Below are positions 25,190-29,277 of a stretch of 29,277 bases of DNA, in pieces. The stretch spans positions 1 to 29,277 of IMG/VR virus record IMGVR_UViG_3300020016_000034; one strand, given 5' to 3'. The notes under the pieces are model-generated. The model saw only the letters and a list, made by a program, of their open reading frames with translations. It made no database searches and was not told the DNA's origin. The stretch is from a virus (lineage: Duplodnaviria > Caudoviricetes). Position 1 is the stretch's first letter; every line of letters starts with the position of its first letter. The position numbers and the translations under genes were made by a program.

Positions 25190-26157
25190 ACCTCGAGGCG
25201 CTCTTGGCGGACTGCTACCGGCGCTGTGGGTATGCCCCCGGGCCGCCGTCCGAGATCCGCGATCTGTTCACGGCGCACGTCAATGACGCGCAGCAGGAAC
25301 TGGCGGCCGACCCCGCGCTCCAGTCGCTGTTGCGCGCGAGCACCACGTTCACGAGTGCGCCCGGCGTGGCGGAGGTCGGCCTGCCGCCGACCATCTCGCG
25401 CGTCTGGACGGTACGGGAAACGACGAACAACCGGCGCCTGTTCCCGCTCACGCGCGATAGCTATCGGATGATCGCGCCCGATCCCGCGCAGACGTCGGGG
25501 ACGGCCGACCATTACGTGCTCCTGGGGCCGACCTGTGTCGCGCAGCAACCGGCCGTCGCGGACGACGTCTTTGTGCTGAGCACGGACGTGCTCGACACCG
25601 GGATCTTCCACGCCGAAGTCGTCACCGAAGGCGGCTTCGCGCGGACGGTGACGCTGATCCTGGCCGGGCAGGTCGCGGTCAGCCTCGGGCTCTTGGACAT
25701 CATCGGGATCACGGACTGGTATCTCGACGAGCCCGCGCTGGGAGTCGTGACGCTGCACGCGGGATCAGGCGCGGGGCCGGAACTGGGCCGCATCGGCATC
25801 GAGCAGACGCGCGTGCGCTATCAGGGGCTGGCGCTCCTGCCGACGCCGTCCGATGCGCGGGTCTATCTCGTCGAGTACGAGCGGATCGTCTCTGACCTCG
25901 TCTCTCCCGCCGATGCGCCCGCGTGGTTGCCCGACGCCTTCCAGCGGCTGCTGTCGATCGGCGCGCGCCGGCGTTACTGGGAAGACAAGCGGGAAGCCGA
26001 TCGTTATACGGCGGCGCTCGCCGAGTGGAATATGACCGTCGCCCGGCTCAAGGCGTTCGTGAACAACCCGCCCGATCAGACGCTCATCCCCGGTCGGGGA
26101 CCGTGGGGCCGCAGTGACCTTGGCGGCGCCTATCCGGCGTCGACCATTTTTGATTGA
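25186..26157 (+). CDS. Putative head-tail adaptor protein
   Basis: GTGA overlap; helical N-terminus (HVNDAQQEL), LLPTPSDA.VY.VEY and PAWLPDAFQRLL..GA motifs resembling podovirus adaptors. Confidence 0.65.
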   Translation: MNLEALLADCYRRCGYAPGPPSEIRDLFTAHVNDAQQELAADPALQSLLRASTTFTSAPGVAEVGLPPTISRVWTVRETTNNRRLFPLTRDSYRMIAPDPAQTSGTADHYVLLGPTCVAQQPAVADDVFVLSTDVLDTGIFHAEVVTEGGFARTVTLILAGQVAVSLGLLDIIGITDWYLDEPALGVVTLHAGSGAGPELGRIGIEQTRVRYQGLALLPTPSDARVYLVEYERIVSDLVSPADAPAWLPDAFQRLLSIGARRRYWEDKREADRYTAALAEWNMTVARLKAFVNNPPDQTLIPGRGPWGRSDLGGAYPASTIFD

Positions 26158-26166
26158 TGGGGAGCT

Positions 26167-26709
26167 ATGGCTGACAACACGAGTCTCCCGCCCTCTGCGA
26201 CCAAGGCCGCGACCGACGAGGTCACCTATTCCGGCGATATCGCGGTCGTTCAGGTCGTCCGACAGGCGCACGTCATCGGTGCCGAAGGCTCGAAGACCGT
26301 TACCGACATGAGCGCCCCGACCGGCACGCCAGCGGCGGCCTCGCTGTCGGTCCATGAGCTGCCCGCGACCTCGGGGGGCTGCTCGACCCTCCATCGCGTC
26401 TCGACCGGGGCCGTTCAGGATCAGGCCATCGTCAAAGCGAGTCCGGGGCAAGTCTTTGGGGTCTACATCTACAACAACTCCGTCTCCCCGGTCTTCGTCA
26501 AGTTTCACAACCAAGTCTCTCTGCCCACGGCTGGCGTGGGCGTCGTGGCCGCCGTCGGGATGCAAGCGGGCGTCAGTAACTACGTCCCGATCGCGAAGGG
26601 GCGCGCGTTCAGTGTCGGCATCGGGATCACGATCGTCTTGGAGATTGCGGATAACGGCACGACCGCCGTCGCGGCGGGCGCCTGTGTCGTGGATGTGGAT
26701 TACAAATGA
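26167..26709 (+). CDS. Beta-sandwich accessory protein (paralog of the next gene's C-terminus)
   Basis: GGAG SD; VKASPGQVFGVYIYN...F.K.HN...PT...GRAFSVGIG...DYK. Confidence 0.75.
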   Translation: MADNTSLPPSATKAATDEVTYSGDIAVVQVVRQAHVIGAEGSKTVTDMSAPTGTPAAASLSVHELPATSGGCSTLHRVSTGAVQDQAIVKASPGQVFGVYIYNNSVSPVFVKFHNQVSLPTAGVGVVAAVGMQAGVSNYVPIAKGRAFSVGIGITIVLEIADNGTTAVAAGACVVDVDYK

Positions 26710-27644
26710 AGCCTTTTGCCGCACTACCCATCTCTCGCACCTGGGCGCTCGTCTGGTCTGTCTCGGCGTTCATGATCCTGGCCTCTATTCTCAATGAACC
26801 GTCGTATAGCCAGCAGCCTGTCACGATCCAGAGCGGCACCATTACGACCGTCGGCAGCGTGACGCAGAGCCCCGACACGCGGCAGGCGACCGCCGCCAAC
26901 CTCAACGCGCAAGTCCAAGGCAACGTCGACGAAGACCTCACGGTCGCGGGCAAACCCGTCCAAATCGCGGGGCGCGCGTCGACCTCGCTTCCGACGGCCG
27001 TCTCCACCAACGACGTCATCCGCCCGTGGTTTTCCCTCAACGGTGCGCAAAACTTCATCGCCCGCGACACGCTCGGCATCAGCGCGATGGACGACACGCT
27101 GCACGCCGCGAAAGTCACGGTCGTGGGCGGCGGCGCGGTCGATCTCGCGGACGGCGCGGCGGCCGGTCCCGGCCCGCTCGGGAAAGTCCTCGGGCGCACG
27201 GCGGTCCCGACAGCGGTCGCCGAGAGCACAGTCATCTCCGCCTGGGCGACGACTACGGGGAGCGTCCATGTGGTCCCGACGGCGGCGGCTGCGCCAGACG
27301 GCGCGGCGACGACCTGTTATCTCGCCTCGTTGGCGACGACCAACAGCACCATCTGCAAGGCGAGCGCGGGCGTGATCTACGACATGAGCGTCGTCAACAC
27401 GACGGCGAACGTCGTCTTTCTGCGCCTCTATAACCTCTCGTCGGCCCCGACGTGCTCGAGCGCGACCGGCTTCATTGAATCGGTCGCCGTGCCGGCCTCG
27501 ACCAGTGGCGCGGGCATTGTGCGGACCTTTTCGGTGGGTCGGGCGTACCCGACCGGGATCGGGTTCTGCCTGACGTCTGGCGCTGGATCGACGGACACCA
27601 CGCCGGCGGCGGTCGGTACGTATATTTCGCTGGGTTACAAATGA
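26706..27644 (+). CDS. Accessory protein with N-terminal hydrophobic leader and paralogous C-terminal domain
   Basis: ATGA overlap; hydrophobic WALVWSVSAFMILASIL; C-terminal CKASAGVIY...FLRLYN...PT...GRAYPTGIG...GYK. Confidence 0.75.
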   Translation: MKPFAALPISRTWALVWSVSAFMILASILNEPSYSQQPVTIQSGTITTVGSVTQSPDTRQATAANLNAQVQGNVDEDLTVAGKPVQIAGRASTSLPTAVSTNDVIRPWFSLNGAQNFIARDTLGISAMDDTLHAAKVTVVGGGAVDLADGAAAGPGPLGKVLGRTAVPTAVAESTVISAWATTTGSVHVVPTAAAAPDGAATTCYLASLATTNSTICKASAGVIYDMSVVNTTANVVFLRLYNLSSAPTCSSATGFIESVAVPASTSGAGIVRTFSVGRAYPTGIGFCLTSGAGSTDTTPAAVGTYISLGYK

Positions 27645-28292
27645 ATGCGCGCCCTCCTGCGTCTCGCGATCGCGCTGTTCGTCGCGAGTGTCGGCCTGTG
27701 GGCGGCGATTCCGGCGACCGACACGTTCACGCGGGCGGACAGCGTCAACGATCTCGGCCCCAATTGGACCGCGCAGGACGTTGGGCATCCGCTGGGGATT
27801 TTAGGCCAACGGGTCTACGCGACGACATTTACGTCCTGGTCAACATCCTTCTGGGGCGGCGATACGTTCTCGGCCAATCATGCGTCGGAATGGCGGGTCA
27901 TCGATGATGGCTTCGCCGGCATCCTCGTCACCGTCCGCGCCTCTGGCACGACGGAGGCGACGCAGCAGTTCTACGGCATCGCGGCCGACCAGTCCGGCGG
28001 GTCGATTGTCCTCGTGACGGGCGGCGCGATGAGCGTCATTGCGCCGTTCGTGGCGGTCTTCAACGGGGATCTGGTCCGGCTCGAGGTCTGCGGGTCGACG
28101 GTGACGGGCAAGGTCAACGGGGCGACGCAGGGCGCGGTGACCGACGCCACGCTCGTCTCGGGGCAACCGGGCGGAGGGATGTTCGACTTGAACACGCTGA
28201 TCGACGACTGGACCGGCGACAACGTCACCTGTGGCGGCCCGCCGCCCAGCACGAAGCGGCTGCTGCTGATGGGCGTGAGCGAGCATCCATGA
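27645..28292 (+). CDS. Signal-peptide-bearing beta-sandwich (lectin/ConA-like) protein
   Basis: MRALLRLAIALFVASVGLWA leader; DTFTRADS..LGPNW; GDLVRLEVCGSTVTGKVNG..TD.TL.SGQPG. Confidence 0.75.
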   Translation: MRALLRLAIALFVASVGLWAAIPATDTFTRADSVNDLGPNWTAQDVGHPLGILGQRVYATTFTSWSTSFWGGDTFSANHASEWRVIDDGFAGILVTVRASGTTEATQQFYGIAADQSGGSIVLVTGGAMSVIAPFVAVFNGDLVRLEVCGSTVTGKVNGATQGAVTDATLVSGQPGGGMFDLNTLIDDWTGDNVTCGGPPPSTKRLLLMGVSEHP

Positions 28293-29277
28293 GGCGTCTC
28301 CTCGTCGTCGCGCTCCTCCTCGGTCTGATCGAGCCGCTGACGGCGCAAGATACGTCGATCCTCGCCACGAACCGGAAAGTCGACTGGTCGACGGCCGGGG
28401 CGACGATCGTGACGCGCACGACGCAATGCGGCGGGACGATCGCGGCCTATACCGGCGGGCCGGGCACGATCAATACCGCGATTGCCAACTGCGCCAGCGG
28501 CCAAGTCGTGCAGCTCGGCGCCGGCACGTTTTCACTCAACGGCAGCATCGACATCCTCCGGAGCGATGTCACCTTGCGCGGGATGGGGCCGAACCTCACG
28601 AAGATTAATTTCACCGGCAATAGCTTTGGCTGTGGCGGGTTGTTCCCCGACGTGTGCGTGTCGTCGTCGTCGCCGGATTACATCGGCTCGCCACAGAACA
28701 CGGCGACGTGGACCGCTGGCTACTCGAAGGGCACCACCGTCGTCACCCTCGGGTGCGGCGGCAACTGCGCGTCCATGAACCTGCAGGTCGGTTCGATCCT
28801 GCACCTGGATCAACTCGACGACAGCAACACGGACCCAGGCACGCTCTGGAACTGCTCGGCGACGCTCTTGAGTAGCAATGTCGGGTGCGCGGGCGAAGGC
28901 GGACAGGAAGGGCGCAGCGGCAGGAATCAGACGGAGAACCCGACCGTCACCGCCATCAACGGCAACCAAGTCACGATCGCGCCCGGGCTGAATATGCCGA
29001 ACTGGCGCAGCGGCCAGACGCCGGGCGCGTGGTGGATGACGGGCCTGCCGCTGACGGGCGTCGGCATCGAGTCGCTGTCGTTTGACTCGTCCGCGAATGG
29101 GATGGACGCGCAATCGAGCCGAGGGACGATCGTCATCCGCTCGACGCGGCAGTCGTGGATCGCGAACGTGCGCGCGACGAAGGGCAAGCGCGCGATGGTC
29201 CTGCTCTACCACACAAACCACATCACCGTCCGCGACAGCTACCTGCACTCGTCGCGGTCGCTGGCCGACCAGGCGTA
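28289..29277 (+). CDS. Signal-peptide-bearing pectate-lyase-like beta-helix protein (3'-truncated, absent from ORF track)
   Basis: Manual translation MRRLLVVALLLGLIEPLTAQD..VDWSTAG..TINTAIANC.SGQVVQLGAGTF..DVTLRGMGPNLT..GVGIESLS; open to the end of the window. Confidence 0.85.
   Translation, partial: MRRLLVVALLLGLIEPLTAQDTSILATNRKVDWSTAGATIVTRTTQCGGTIAAYTGGPGTINTAIANCASGQVVQLGAGTFSLNGSIDILRSDVTLRGMGPNLTKINFTGNSFGCGGLFPDVCVSSSSPDYIGSPQNTATWTAGYSKGTTVVTLGCGGNCASMNLQVGSILHLDQLDDSNTDPGTLWNCSATLLSSNVGCAGEGGQEGRSGRNQTENPTVTAINGNQVTIAPGLNMPNWRSGQTPGAWWMTGLPLTGVGIESLSFDSSANGMDAQSSRGTIVIRSTRQSWIANVRATKGKRAMVLLYHTNHITVRDSYLHSSRSLADQA

Larger units (their letters stand above)
1..29277 (+). mobile_element. 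Tailed dsDNA phage/prophage genome segment (recombination-replication, accessory, packaging and head modules)
   Basis: Terminase large subunit, portal, scaffold, major capsid, HNH, RecT-like and DUF1064 genes; dense co-oriented ORFs with ATGA/GTGA/TAATG overlaps; no host housekeeping genes. Confidence 0.96.

Overview
The whole window is a GC-rich segment of a tailed dsDNA phage or prophage, with almost all genes on the + strand. From left to right it holds: a recombination/replication module (RecT-like annealing protein, DUF1064 nuclease, replication-associated small genes); an accessory small-gene region interrupted by a complete 2,287-bp IS1595-family element (22-bp perfect TIRs, 8-bp TSD, five passenger ORFs); an HNH endonuclease and a Xis-like HTH gene; a small inverted operon with a consensus sigma70 promoter ending in a ribbon-helix-helix gene; then packaging and head genes (putative terS, terL, portal, scaffold, major capsid, decoration, adaptor) interleaved with beta-rich accessory genes. 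The most notable observations are: (1) a 28-bp dif/XerCD-like site just downstream of the putative terS; (2) four morphogenesis-region genes with apparent N-terminal signal peptides, two of them beta-helix proteins; (3) the cargo-carrying IS1595 splitting a phage gene that can be rejoined in frame; (4) repeated RBS/start-codon cassettes in the accessory region; (5) a long G-U-rich RNA hairpin ahead of the scaffold/capsid genes. All family calls come from motif recognition by eye. No searches were run and the host is not determined.
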